Notes under the pieces: generated by a model
The model's database searches: none
Told to the model about the DNA's origin: nothing
Seen by the model: the letters and a program-made list of their open reading frames with translations, nothing else
Program-made: the position numbers and the translations under genes
Assembly: GCA_964448295.1 (NCBI GenBank)
Contig: CAYUVV010000001.1
Location: 23,838-87,837 of the forward strand
Reading direction: 5' to 3'
DNA length: 64,000 nucleotides
Source of the DNA: an uncultured Candidatus Saccharibacteria bacterium
Lineage (GTDB): Bacteria; Patescibacteriota; Minisyncoccia; Phycocordibacterales; JACOZG01
Shown here: positions 56,819 through 64,000 of the stretch, in pieces
How the letters are laid out: the number at the start of each line of letters is the position of its first letter
Position numbering within the stretch: the stretch's first letter is position 1

Positions 56819-57805
56819 ATGGCAACCAAAGAAGAAGTTTTGCAATATATCCGTTCACTCGCCGAGCAAAAAATCATCACGAAAGATGAACTTACCGAGG
56901 CGTACGATTCGGGAAGCGGTATAAAGCAAGATGTTGTTTTAACGAAAAAGCTCGGTGTCGCAGAAATTTTGTACTACATTGGCGGCGCGATTGTATTTTT
57001 GGGAATTTCAATTTTGCTTTGGCAAAATTGGTCAACGCTTGGATTTGGAACAAAGGTATTAGCGACACTCGGATCCGGTATCGCGGCGTATTTCGTCGGT
57101 CTGCTGTTCAGCAGAGACGAGCGAACCGAAACTGCTGGCTCTGCTTTCTACCTTATTTCTGCTCTTGTCACGCCGATTGGTCTTTGGGTTGTGTTTGATA
57201 ACGCAGGATTTGACGCCAGTAGTTACGCTTCGCAGAGTCTGATTTCGGGAATACTGTTAGGTACTTATTTGCTTTCATTCCTCGTTTTCCGAAAAAACAT
57301 CTTTACTCTGTTTAGTATTTTATTTGGCACTTGGCTTTTCTTCAGTTTAACGAGTTGGATGGTAGGCGGCGCGCCATACTTCGATGATTGGAAGTTTTAC
57401 ATGTACCGCGTTCTTGTCGCCGGAGTCGCTTATATTCTCATGGGCTACGCCTTCTCGAAAAATGAGCGTGCCCCACTTTCCGGATTTCTGTATGGTTTTG
57501 GGATTTTGGGCGTTCTCGGTTCGGCTCTTGCTCTTGGTGAATGGAAACCGAACCAAAATGTATTTTGGGAATTGATTTATCCGGGGCTTGTTTTTGGGGC
57601 ACTATTCTTGAGTGTCCATATCAAGAGCAAGGCATTTCTGACGTGGGGCACGCTCTTTCTCATGGCCTACATTCTCAAAATTACATCAGAGTATTTCTCA
57701 ACGGGTCTTGGTTGGCCGCTCGCTCTCGTTATTTCTGGCCTCGCCATGATTGGAGTTGGCTATATGTCGCTCTCAATCAAAAAGAAGTACCTCTCTTCTC
57801 AATAG
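56819..57805 (+). CDS. Hypothetical polytopic membrane protein with an N-terminal soluble domain
   Basis: 328 aa with about 8 TM helices. Confidence 0.5.
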   Translation: MATKEEVLQYIRSLAEQKIITKDELTEAYDSGSGIKQDVVLTKKLGVAEILYYIGGAIVFLGISILLWQNWSTLGFGTKVLATLGSGIAAYFVGLLFSRDERTETAGSAFYLISALVTPIGLWVVFDNAGFDASSYASQSLISGILLGTYLLSFLVFRKNIFTLFSILFGTWLFFSLTSWMVGGAPYFDDWKFYMYRVLVAGVAYILMGYAFSKNERAPLSGFLYGFGILGVLGSALALGEWKPNQNVFWELIYPGLVFGALFLSVHIKSKAFLTWGTLFLMAYILKITSEYFSTGLGWPLALVISGLAMIGVGYMSLSIKKKYLSSQ

Positions 57806-57844
57806 TATAGCCGCAAAAATTTTTCGCCGTGGGAGCGAGGGCGC

Positions 57845-57877
57845 GGCGGAAGGGGGGGGTGTGGGGGGAATTCCGCC
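57845..57877. repeat. G-rich hairpin repeat, copy 1 (GGCGGAA-GGGGGGGGTGTGGGGGGAA-TTCCGCC)
   Basis: A palindromic GGCGGAA/TTCCGCC stem encloses a G8-TGT-G6 loop. A similar copy lies at 61954. Confidence 0.6.
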
Positions 57878-57922
57878 GCGCCCGAGCGTAGTCCCGCCGC
57901 CCGCGCGCCAGCGCGGAGCCGA

Positions 57923-58000
57923 GCAGAACATTTTGCCTGTCCTTTTAGAAGAATTTTTTGGTGGCGCGCGCAAAATCAAAATGAAGGGCAAAATGTTATG
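57923..58000. repeat. Imperfect direct repeat, left copy (TCCTTTTAGAAGAA...GCGCGCGCAAAATCA)
   Basis: About 75% similar to 60975..61055 in the same orientation. Both copies lie just outside the 106-bp inverted repeats. Confidence 0.5.
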
Positions 58001-58027
58001 CGAGGCAGGCCGCCGCTTGCGGCGGCT

Positions 58028-58133
58028 GGCGGCGGGGCTGGCTCCGGCTCGCAGGCGAAAAGTTTCCTCCCCCAACCCCCCTCCACTTTTTGCCTGCTCG
58101 CTGGGGAAAAATTACACGTCAGATTGACGAGAT
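58028..58133. repeat. Perfect 106-bp inverted repeat, left copy (IR-L)
   Basis: Exact reverse complement of 60845..60950. It contains a C5AAC7 tract and ends with TTGACGAGAT at its inner edge. Confidence 0.9.
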
Positions 58134-58176
58134 GATGATTTACGAAAACCTTCAACAATTATATTGTAACATTACA

Positions 58177-58881
58177 ATGGAATCTAATAAAGATATAAAA
58201 CGCAAAATTATTCCTATAGGTGGTGGCTTATTGCGTTTGGGCGAAACGATTTTGATAGATAAGTTTATTGTAAAAGAAAGCGGAAAAAAAAATCCGAACG
58301 TTTTATTTATACCCACCGCAAGTAAAGATTTGCCAGCATACTCTGCCGTTTTTCGTCGTGTGTATGAAAAATTAGGGTGCCGAGTAAAAATCTTACGTTT
58401 ATTTAATAAAAGAAAATTCTCTCGAACAACAGTGAAGGAACTCATCACAAATGCCGATATTATTTATGTCGGCGGTGGTGATTATGACACCTTGTTTTCA
58501 GTATGGAAGAAACATAAAATTGTTCCTTTCATACAGTCAGCATACCAACAAGGAACTATCCTCACCGGGTTAAGTGCGGGGTGTGCCATCTGGTATGAGT
58601 ATCTCGTAGACAGGGATAAAAACAAAAAACCCCACCTTAAAATAGGTCTCGGCATACTTAAGGGTGCCGTGATTCCTCACTATAAAAGTGAGAATACATT
58701 TCCTCCTAAAATTGATAAGACAAAAACCCTTATTACTGCCATTGAAGATAGGTGTGCGGTGATATACATTGATGAACACCTAAGAGGTTCTGTGCCAGTA
58801 GCCAAAGAAAAAGCCTTTACAATTCGCCCTCCTTATGTTAAAAAGATAGGGGTAACTTTGTACTTTCACAAATCGCGTTAA
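58177..58881 (+). CDS. S51-family serine peptidase (dipeptidase E / cyanophycinase-like)
   Basis: IIPIGGG ... IYVGGGDYDTLFSVW ... LTGLSAGCAIWYEY, matching the S51 Ser-nucleophile region. Upstream in-frame ATGs at 58132/58135 lie inside IR-L. Confidence 0.65.
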   Translation: MESNKDIKRKIIPIGGGLLRLGETILIDKFIVKESGKKNPNVLFIPTASKDLPAYSAVFRRVYEKLGCRVKILRLFNKRKFSRTTVKELITNADIIYVGGGDYDTLFSVWKKHKIVPFIQSAYQQGTILTGLSAGCAIWYEYLVDRDKNKKPHLKIGLGILKGAVIPHYKSENTFPPKIDKTKTLITAIEDRCAVIYIDEHLRGSVPVAKEKAFTIRPPYVKKIGVTLYFHKSR

Positions 58882-58900
58882 ACCAAAAAGGAGGTGGCAA

Positions 58901-59968
58901 ATGATCTCGAAAATCCCGCGCCCCCTCCAATTCGGAGATGGGGTGGCTTTGGTCAATCCGGCAGGAGTGCTTCCGGAGCGGTTCAAAAACCAACACGGAT
59001 ACGTCAAGGCACATCTTGAGGAACTTGGATTCGCGGTAAAAGACCTCGTAATCGAAAGTGGCTGGGAGGACGCACAAAGACGCAGCGAAACACTAATGTC
59101 GGCTTTCACCGACCCACAAGTGAAAGCGGTACTGCCTCTTTGTGGCGGTATAAGAATTTACGACGTTCTTCCGCTGATTGATTACGAGGTGTTAGCTAAT
59201 CATCCGAAGATCATCTGTGGTTCAAGCGAGCTTTCGGCTCTTGTGGTGACGATTGCTGAGAAGGCGGGCATTGTAACGTTTTTCGGTCCGCACCTGAACT
59301 TTCTGAACCCAAAGGCGTCAAAACTTGAGAACAGATTCACGGTAAGGAGCTTTTGGAATATGCTCCAATGGGATTGGCACGGAAGAAACGGCTTGAGCAA
59401 GAACGAGGCGTATCACTTTTTCGCCGCACCTCGAAAGCCAACGCTTCCGGTAACAGTTCGTAACATTTACCGTGACCCGACGCTCATCATAGACGACCGC
59501 TACAGGGACAATTTCTACTTCACCACTTCTAGTATGGATGTGACTGGAAAGCTCTTGATCGGATCACTTGCGGTCATGGCGAAGCTTTGTGATGAAGGCT
59601 TGTGTCCCGATGTAACGGATAAGATCGTCATGCTCGATTCGCTGGATATGTCATTCGAAACGATTGTCGAATTGATCCAGCGCTTCAATGCTCACTGCGA
59701 TCTTTCCCGCGCCGCAGCTGTTGTCTTTTCCTCGCTCGCCGAGAGGACGGATCGAAAGAATCGCTTGCATCCGGAATTGAGAGATTCTGATCGGGTGAAG
59801 GGTTTTCTTCAGGAAGTCTCGGGACTTCTTAGAGGAAGGCCGCCGCTCTTTCACGGTTTTCCCGTTGGACACTGTACGTACAAACTCACTCTGCCGATTG
59901 GGATTACCGCCTCCATCGTTGTGGAAACGGGCGACTTGCTACTCACGGAGTTCCCGCATCAACAATAA
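58901..59968 (+). CDS. S66-family LD-carboxypeptidase (LdcA / microcin-C7 immunity MccF-like)
   Basis: 355 aa. ICGSSELSALVV matches the S66 nucleophile-Ser block. A GGAGGTG SD lies upstream. Confidence 0.6.
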   Translation: MISKIPRPLQFGDGVALVNPAGVLPERFKNQHGYVKAHLEELGFAVKDLVIESGWEDAQRRSETLMSAFTDPQVKAVLPLCGGIRIYDVLPLIDYEVLANHPKIICGSSELSALVVTIAEKAGIVTFFGPHLNFLNPKASKLENRFTVRSFWNMLQWDWHGRNGLSKNEAYHFFAAPRKPTLPVTVRNIYRDPTLIIDDRYRDNFYFTTSSMDVTGKLLIGSLAVMAKLCDEGLCPDVTDKIVMLDSLDMSFETIVELIQRFNAHCDLSRAAAVVFSSLAERTDRKNRLHPELRDSDRVKGFLQEVSGLLRGRPPLFHGFPVGHCTYKLTLPIGITASIVVETGDLLLTEFPHQQ

Positions 59969-60003
59969 AGGCCGAATAGAATTTGTTCTATTCGGCCTTT
60001 TTA
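59967..60003. terminator. Bidirectional rho-independent terminator between convergent genes
   Basis: Perfect 13-bp stem AGGCCGAATAGAA / TTCTATTCGGCCT with a 4-nt loop, flanked by AAA on one side and TTTT on the other. Confidence 0.8.
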
Positions 60004-60777
60004 CTTTTCCGCAAGGAGGTCATTGATGAACCGATCGTTCTCATAAGCTACGCCGTATTCGAGGTTCAACGCCATGAGTTGAAGGCGTTCCCGAAGCACG
60101 GCATCGTGACTCAGTCGCTCAGCAAGAGTCACCAGCGCCTCTCTCGTTTCTTTCTTGTAGTTTTGGAGTTTGATGTACACCGCATTCCGAAAGAATATAA
60201 CGAGATTAAGATCGGAAGCGTTGAGAGAATCAAACTTTGCTCGGTCAAGTTCGTAAGCTAGTTCGCGACGCATGGCGAGCATGAGTTCAAGATATGCTGA
60301 TGAAGCCTCTTGAACCCGCCGTTTACCTACCAACTCAACGAAGCGTGACGTTGCAGTATCGACCGTGTCGCCGGAAAAGATTTTGCAACCGAACGATACG
60401 GTAACATCCTCATCAGCGAGATGAGCGTTTTCTCTGATGAAGTTGTTAACCTCATCTTCCAACAGTGAGAAAAACTCGTTTACGACCGCCTCGTTAGTTG
60501 CTACTCCGGTAGCGAAGATTTCTTCTCCCGAAGGAATCATGCAAAACACCGGAATTACTTTTGGGTGCTTCTTGATAAACCCATACATGAACGCGCCAAT
60601 GAGGCGATTGTAGATGTCTACAAGATTTTCCGCCAATGGCCGTCCGTATCGCGATACGAAGACTCCAAGATTGTCGAGATCTCCAGTGACCCCAAATAGA
60701 AACAGATCTCGATTGCGGTCATAGGCCTCGACAACTTTCAAAACCTTTCTGCTCCAGATACGCTGGTGCTTTTTCAT
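60001..60777 (-). CDS. Stand-alone GGDEF-like nucleotide cyclase (palm) domain protein with an SGEEI active-site variant and a ~90-aa helical C-terminal extension
   Basis: The GGDEF-fold blocks appear in order: DLDNLGVFVSRYGRPLAENLV (like DIDHFKxINDTFGHxxGDEVL), CMIPSGEEIFATG (like RYGGEEF) and DVTVSFGC (like TISIGV). No sensor domain or I-site RxxD. Strong SD AAAGGAGA. Confidence 0.55.
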   Translation of the reverse strand: MKKHQRIWSRKVLKVVEAYDRNRDLFLFGVTGDLDNLGVFVSRYGRPLAENLVDIYNRLIGAFMYGFIKKHPKVIPVFCMIPSGEEIFATGVATNEAVVNEFFSLLEDEVNNFIRENAHLADEDVTVSFGCKIFSGDTVDTATSRFVELVGKRRVQEASSAYLELMLAMRRELAYELDRAKFDSLNASDLNLVIFFRNAVYIKLQNYKKETREALVTLAERLSHDAVLRERLQLMALNLEYGVAYENDRFINDLLAEK

Positions 60778-60825
60778 AAGTCATCTCCTTTTCTGTTTTG
60801 TGAATGTGCTGTATGAACTTGCCAT

Positions 60826-60854
60826 ATATTACATTATCTTTTTAATCTCGTCAA
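60826..60854 (-). promoter_or_regulatory. Near-consensus promoter TTGACG-17-TAATAT for the GGDEF-like gene, with the -35 inside IR-R
   Basis: On the minus strand the -35 TTGACG is the inner end of IR-R, followed by a 17-nt spacer and TAATAT. The same TTGACG ends IR-L, facing the S51 gene. Confidence 0.45.
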
Positions 60855-60950
60855 TCTGACGTGTAATTTTTCCCCAGCGAGCAGGCAAAAAGTGGAGGGG
60901 GGTTGGGGGAGGAAACTTTTCGCCTGCGAGCCGGAGCCAGCCCCGCCGCC
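60845..60950. repeat. Perfect 106-bp inverted repeat, right copy (IR-R)
   Basis: Exact reverse complement of 58028..58133. Confidence 0.9.
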
Positions 60951-60974
60951 TGCCGAACGTTCTCGGCAGAGACC

Positions 60975-61055
60975 CGCAGAAAAATGTTCTCATCCTTTTA
61001 GAAGAAAAAATCGGGCGCGCGCAAAATCAGAAAAGCGGAGAACATTTTTCTGCGG
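60975..61055. repeat. Imperfect direct repeat, right copy, followed by a second GGCGGCGGGGC motif
   Basis: Same orientation as the copy at 57923-58000. It is followed by GGCGGCGGGGCGG, resembling the outer end of IR-L. Confidence 0.5.
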
Positions 61056-61515
61056 GGCACGCGAGCGAAGCGAGCGGCGGCGGGGCGGTTCAGTCCTCGT
61101 CCGGATGTTCGTCAAAGTAGGTTCGGATTTTAACCAAAAGGTACCGCCAATTAGGAATTTTCAAAGGGTTTTTTGGCGAAAAAGAAATGCTTTTATCAAT
61201 CAAAATATGGTTCGAGCCGATTTATTTTAAAAATGTTGTCATTTCTCCGTTATCCCTAGATTTAAATAAATTTTCCGCTTGATTCAAGGATTTAATCCAC
61301 GCACGAGCCAGTTCGAGCCAAGACACGGTCCATACGCTTACACAGCTCACGATATGGGCTATGGTGGATGGATTCATTGGGATTCGTCGGGGGCGGCTTT
61401 TTACTAGTATCCAACAAATCCGCCATTGTTCACGGTAGATTTTTATACCTGCAAAACTTCTGTTATACTGAAACGTTGTATGAAATTGTGTTTTTTACTT
61501 TTATAATAGTTACCA

Positions 61516-61817
61516 TGGAACAACAAATTAAAGAAATTTTCCAAACAAGAGACAGAGCAGTCGCTGAAAAAAATAAGGACTTGCTTTTATCAACTCAAAT
61601 TAATGAAATTCCAAAATCAGGGAGCGATGGTTACCTAAAAACTGACAAACTTGTTTCTAAAGTATTGTATATCCATCAGGATGATAAAGATTTACAGCTC
61701 TATCTTGCTTTGATACAAGAGGATTATTTTTACAATGGTAAATTTTCCCATAGAGGTTATTTACTTTATAAATTAAGAAACGACGGAAAATTATTAATTA
61801 CCGAAATAATATGGTAA
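61516..61817 (+). CDS. Hypothetical small protein (~100 aa)
   Basis: Start chosen at MEQQIKEIF. AT-rich. The track ORF starts at 61368. Confidence 0.4.
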
Positions 61818-61953
61818 AAACACAACATCACATAACAGCAAACGTTAAAGGAAATAGAATTTACCGCCAAACTGGGCAAAGCCCAGAGTTCCGCTAAAAG
61901 CGGAACAAAAAACTTGAAATCGTCCAATCCGAAAGGGTCGCTTCTGCGGTCGG

Positions 61954-61988
61954 GCGGAAGGGGGGTTTGGGGGGAATTCCGTCCGCCC
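61954..61988. repeat. G-rich hairpin repeat, copy 2 (GGCGGAA-GGGGGGTTTGGGGGGAA-TTCCGTCCGCC)
   Basis: Direct, imperfect copy of 57845..57877. Confidence 0.6.
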
Positions 61989-62191
61989 TACAAATTTAGG
62001 GCGAAATCAGTTCAAATTTTTTCGAAAGCACGCCGCCGGTCGCTAAGGGCAAAAGAAATTTTTTCATACTGAATTTTCTCAATAGTCGGCAAGATTGTCG
62101 ACTATTGACTTTTATTGTGTAATATGCTATCTTTGAATGAAATCTGGGCATGGTGCTTAGATAATTTGAACCTTGAAAACGGAGGTAAAAA

Positions 62192-62464
62192 ATGAGCAGA
62201 AAGAACTGGTACTTGGTGTACACGCACACCAACGAGATGGAAGCCGGAACGTTTCGTGACGGTATCGAAGACATGGAAGTCGCTTTGAAAGCGACCACCG
62301 AAGCCGAAGCTGTCGCGGAAGCGGAATCGAAGTGGGCTGAGATCGTCAAGGAACGCGACGAGTATTGGGAGAAGTGCAAGAAGACATGGGCACATCCTCC
62401 CGCCAGTCCAACCGAGTGGGGCGCTCGCAACCCTCGTGTCATCTACAAAATCTCGCTACAATGA
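62192..62464 (+). CDS. Hypothetical acidic small protein
   Basis: 90 aa with a strong SD (ACGGAGGTAAAAA-ATG). G+C is higher than the adjacent island DNA. Confidence 0.5.
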   Translation: MSRKNWYLVYTHTNEMEAGTFRDGIEDMEVALKATTEAEAVAEAESKWAEIVKERDEYWEKCKKTWAHPPASPTEWGARNPRVIYKISLQ

Positions 62465-62475
62465 GGAGGATGACG

Positions 62476-63096
62476 ATGACACCCGAACAACGCTGGGCGA
62501 CCCTGTGGCAACGCCTCGGTGCGCAAGGGGACGCAAACGCGGTCTACAACGGCCTTGTTGTGCGATACTCCGAACCGCACCGAGCGTACCACACGCTCGA
62601 ACACATCGGACACTGCATCGACGAACTCGAACAAGTCCGGCACCTCGCAGCAAATTCTGATGCTGTGGAGTTGGCTCTCTGGTATCACGACGCAATCTAC
62701 GATACCAAAGCCAAGAACAGCGAGGAGCGGAGTGCGGCGCTCGCGGTGGAAATGGTGAGAAGTGCTTCGTTGCCCGGCAACCTCGGTCAATCGGTAGCGA
62801 GTCTCATCATGGCAACGAGACACACCGCAGTTCCCACCGACCCCGATGTTCAGCTTCTCGTGGACATCGATCTCTCGATCCTCGGGCAAACCGAGGCGAG
62901 ATTCGATGAATACGAGCGGCAAGTTCGCAAGGAGTACGAGTGGGTGCCGGAAGATCAGTTTGTTGCCGGACGGTCGGCGATACTCAAGTCGTTTATCGAC
63001 CGACCGAACATCTACTCGACGCAGTTCTTCCGCAACAAATACGAAGCGCAAGCCAGAGCGAACATCGTTCGATCGCTTGCCCGCCTCCGGGCGTAA
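62476..63096 (+). CDS. HD-superfamily metal-dependent phosphohydrolase-like protein
   Basis: H...H, HD and D motifs (AYHTLEHIGHC ... LALWYHDAIYD). SD AGGAGG lies 6 nt upstream of the ATG at 62476. Confidence 0.55.
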   Translation: MTPEQRWATLWQRLGAQGDANAVYNGLVVRYSEPHRAYHTLEHIGHCIDELEQVRHLAANSDAVELALWYHDAIYDTKAKNSEERSAALAVEMVRSASLPGNLGQSVASLIMATRHTAVPTDPDVQLLVDIDLSILGQTEARFDEYERQVRKEYEWVPEDQFVAGRSAILKSFIDRPNIYSTQFFRNKYEAQARANIVRSLARLRA

Positions 63097-63099
63097 CAT

Positions 63100-63137
63100 G
63101 GGCACTTCTCGCAAGAGGGTGCCCATTCTTCTTTTTG
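63100..63137 (+). terminator. Rho-independent terminator
   Basis: GGGCAC...GTGCCC stem followed by ATTCTTCTTTTTG. Confidence 0.5.
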
Positions 63138-63180
63138 AAAGAACTATTTTGTGCGTGCTTCGCACGCTCGAATTTGTATT

Positions 63181-63205
63181 CCGCCAAAGAAAAATTGGAA
63201 ATTGT
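63181..63205. repeat. 25-nt exact repeat copy B (CCGCCAAAGAAAAATTGGAAATTGT)
   Basis: Identical to 14965..14989. Confidence 0.6.
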
Positions 63206-63315
63206 CAGTGTGCGCGGCGAGGATCAAATTCCGTTCGAGCTATTTTTAAAATACACCGCCAAGAATTACATTTCGAAAAATCAAGGTTGGAAGCCTCGGC
63301 GCAAAGCGCCTCGGC

Positions 63316-63346
63316 ATTGAATTATTACTCGTGATTAGGTTATAAT
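63316..63346 (+). promoter_or_regulatory. Promoter TTGAAT-18-TATAAT, 10 nt upstream of the ATG (near-leaderless)
   Basis: Exact TATAAT at 63341-63346, with the ATG at 63357. Confidence 0.45.
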
Positions 63347-63356
63347 CCTTCTCATC

Positions 63357-64000
63357 ATGTCATTCTTTAAGAGATTGGGTAAGAGCGTTTACGGGCCCGA
63401 TTATTATCAGCAAGAAGTGTTTACAGAGTCGGGCAAACGGGCTTTCGGCTATTATGAAAAGTTAATTTTATTATTGGCATTGATTACCGGCTTGGTAGCG
63501 ATGGTGACGATGGGTTGGCCGATATCAAAATACGGTCCCGACTGGTTGCAAGAGGTCGAGCAAATTTACCCCGATGATCTGGTGATCGAAATGCGAGAGA
63601 GTCGCTTAACGGCCAACGGCGGTGAGCTCTATTCCGTATCGTTCGACCAGATTTTAGGTACTGATTTTCTAACTTGGCTTGAAGATGATGAGCGGTCGGA
63701 GGATTTACCAACCAATCTCGTTGTGTTCAACACCGGTGCGGGCAAAACCGATTTAGAGTCGTTCGAGACGGCCGATACTCTGATGTTGGTTGGCGGCGAA
63801 AGCATGATTTATCGCGAAAATAATGGCAAAGTGGTGATCCAAAGTTTTAGCCGTTGGCCCGACTTTACTCTTGATAAAGCGAAGGTTGTAGCCAAATTCG
63901 ATCGGTTGTCTAATTTAACGCCGTGGGCTGTGCCGGTCTTTTTTGTTTTGGCATTTATCGGCGGCCTGCTGATTGGCAACACTGTTTGGTTGTTGTTTGC
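63357..64000 (+). CDS. Hypothetical membrane protein, 3' partial (runs off the window)
   Basis: Open frame from ATG 63357 to the window end, with TM helices (LILLLALITGLVAMV; WAVPVFFVLAFIGGLLIG). Confidence 0.5.
   Translation, partial: MSFFKRLGKSVYGPDYYQQEVFTESGKRAFGYYEKLILLLALITGLVAMVTMGWPISKYGPDWLQEVEQIYPDDLVIEMRESRLTANGGELYSVSFDQILGTDFLTWLEDDERSEDLPTNLVVFNTGAGKTDLESFETADTLMLVGGESMIYRENNGKVVIQSFSRWPDFTLDKAKVVAKFDRLSNLTPWAVPVFFVLAFIGGLLIGNTVWLLF

Larger units (their letters stand above)
54956..62100. mobile_element. AT-rich genomic island inserted at the 3' end of tRNA-Ser(GGA). Right boundary undetermined.
   Basis: G+C drops visibly right after the tRNA. An integrase remnant overlaps the tRNA 3' end. 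The island holds an XRE regulator and nested repeat structures, but no att duplicate was found. Confidence 0.55.

Noticed and set aside
57845-61988. Repeat-rich island region as a possible CRISPR array
   Set aside because: Repeats are few, differ in length, and are inverted or nested rather than regularly spaced direct repeats with spacers. No cas genes.

Overview
The 64-kb window looks like a small-genome bacterium, probably Candidate Phyla Radiation / Patescibacteria-like, though this is inferred and not proven. Supporting signs: five tandem small TrbC/VirB2-type pilin-like genes, no L30 gene between rpsE and rplO, a zinc-type S14, a short ~500-aa IF-2, a 2,426-aa multidomain surface protein, and weak or absent SD sequences on many genes. 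The core carries: folD, infB, a cysteine desulfurase, a superoxide dismutase, clpB, a single-chain (mitochondrial-type) PheRS, miaA, rpmF, a NusB-NUDIX fusion, rnc, a hinge-less SMC, RNase R, and rpsP-KH-trmD. It also carries a ribosomal-protein S10/spc-type cluster that starts abruptly at rpsS and runs rpsS-rplV-rpsC-rplP-rpmC-rpsQ-rplN-rplX-rplE-rpsZ-rpsH-rplF-rplR-rpsE-rplO-secY-adk-map, followed by ndk instead of infA/rpmJ/rpsM. Further genes are RNase J, an oligopeptide-binding protein, secG, groES/groEL, and lemA-ogt-htpX-pgsA. Nine tRNAs were found: Leu-TAG, Lys-CTT, Leu-TAA, Cys-GCA, Tyr-GTA, Trp-CCA and Ser-GGA. The main accessory region is an AT-rich island that begins exactly at the 3' end of tRNA-Ser(GGA), about 54.96 kb to at least 62.1 kb. 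It holds a large serine recombinase that lacks its catalytic N-terminal domain, an XRE regulator and membrane proteins. Inside the island a 2.7-kb cassette is bounded by perfect 106-bp inverted repeats, nested inside imperfect direct repeats and G-rich hairpin repeats. The cassette encodes an S51 peptidase, an S66 LD-carboxypeptidase (MccF/LdcA-like) and a stand-alone GGDEF-like nucleotide cyclase with an SGEEI motif. Other oddities are a visibly GC-rich, probably foreign gene abutting a 470-nt structured non-coding region at the truncated ribosomal operon, and an exact 225-bp duplication inside the giant surface-protein gene. There is also a small promoter/SD/terminator-delimited 35-codon ORF, a 25-nt exact repeat 48 kb apart, and near-leaderless promoters. 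No CRISPR array, transposase or rRNA gene was seen.
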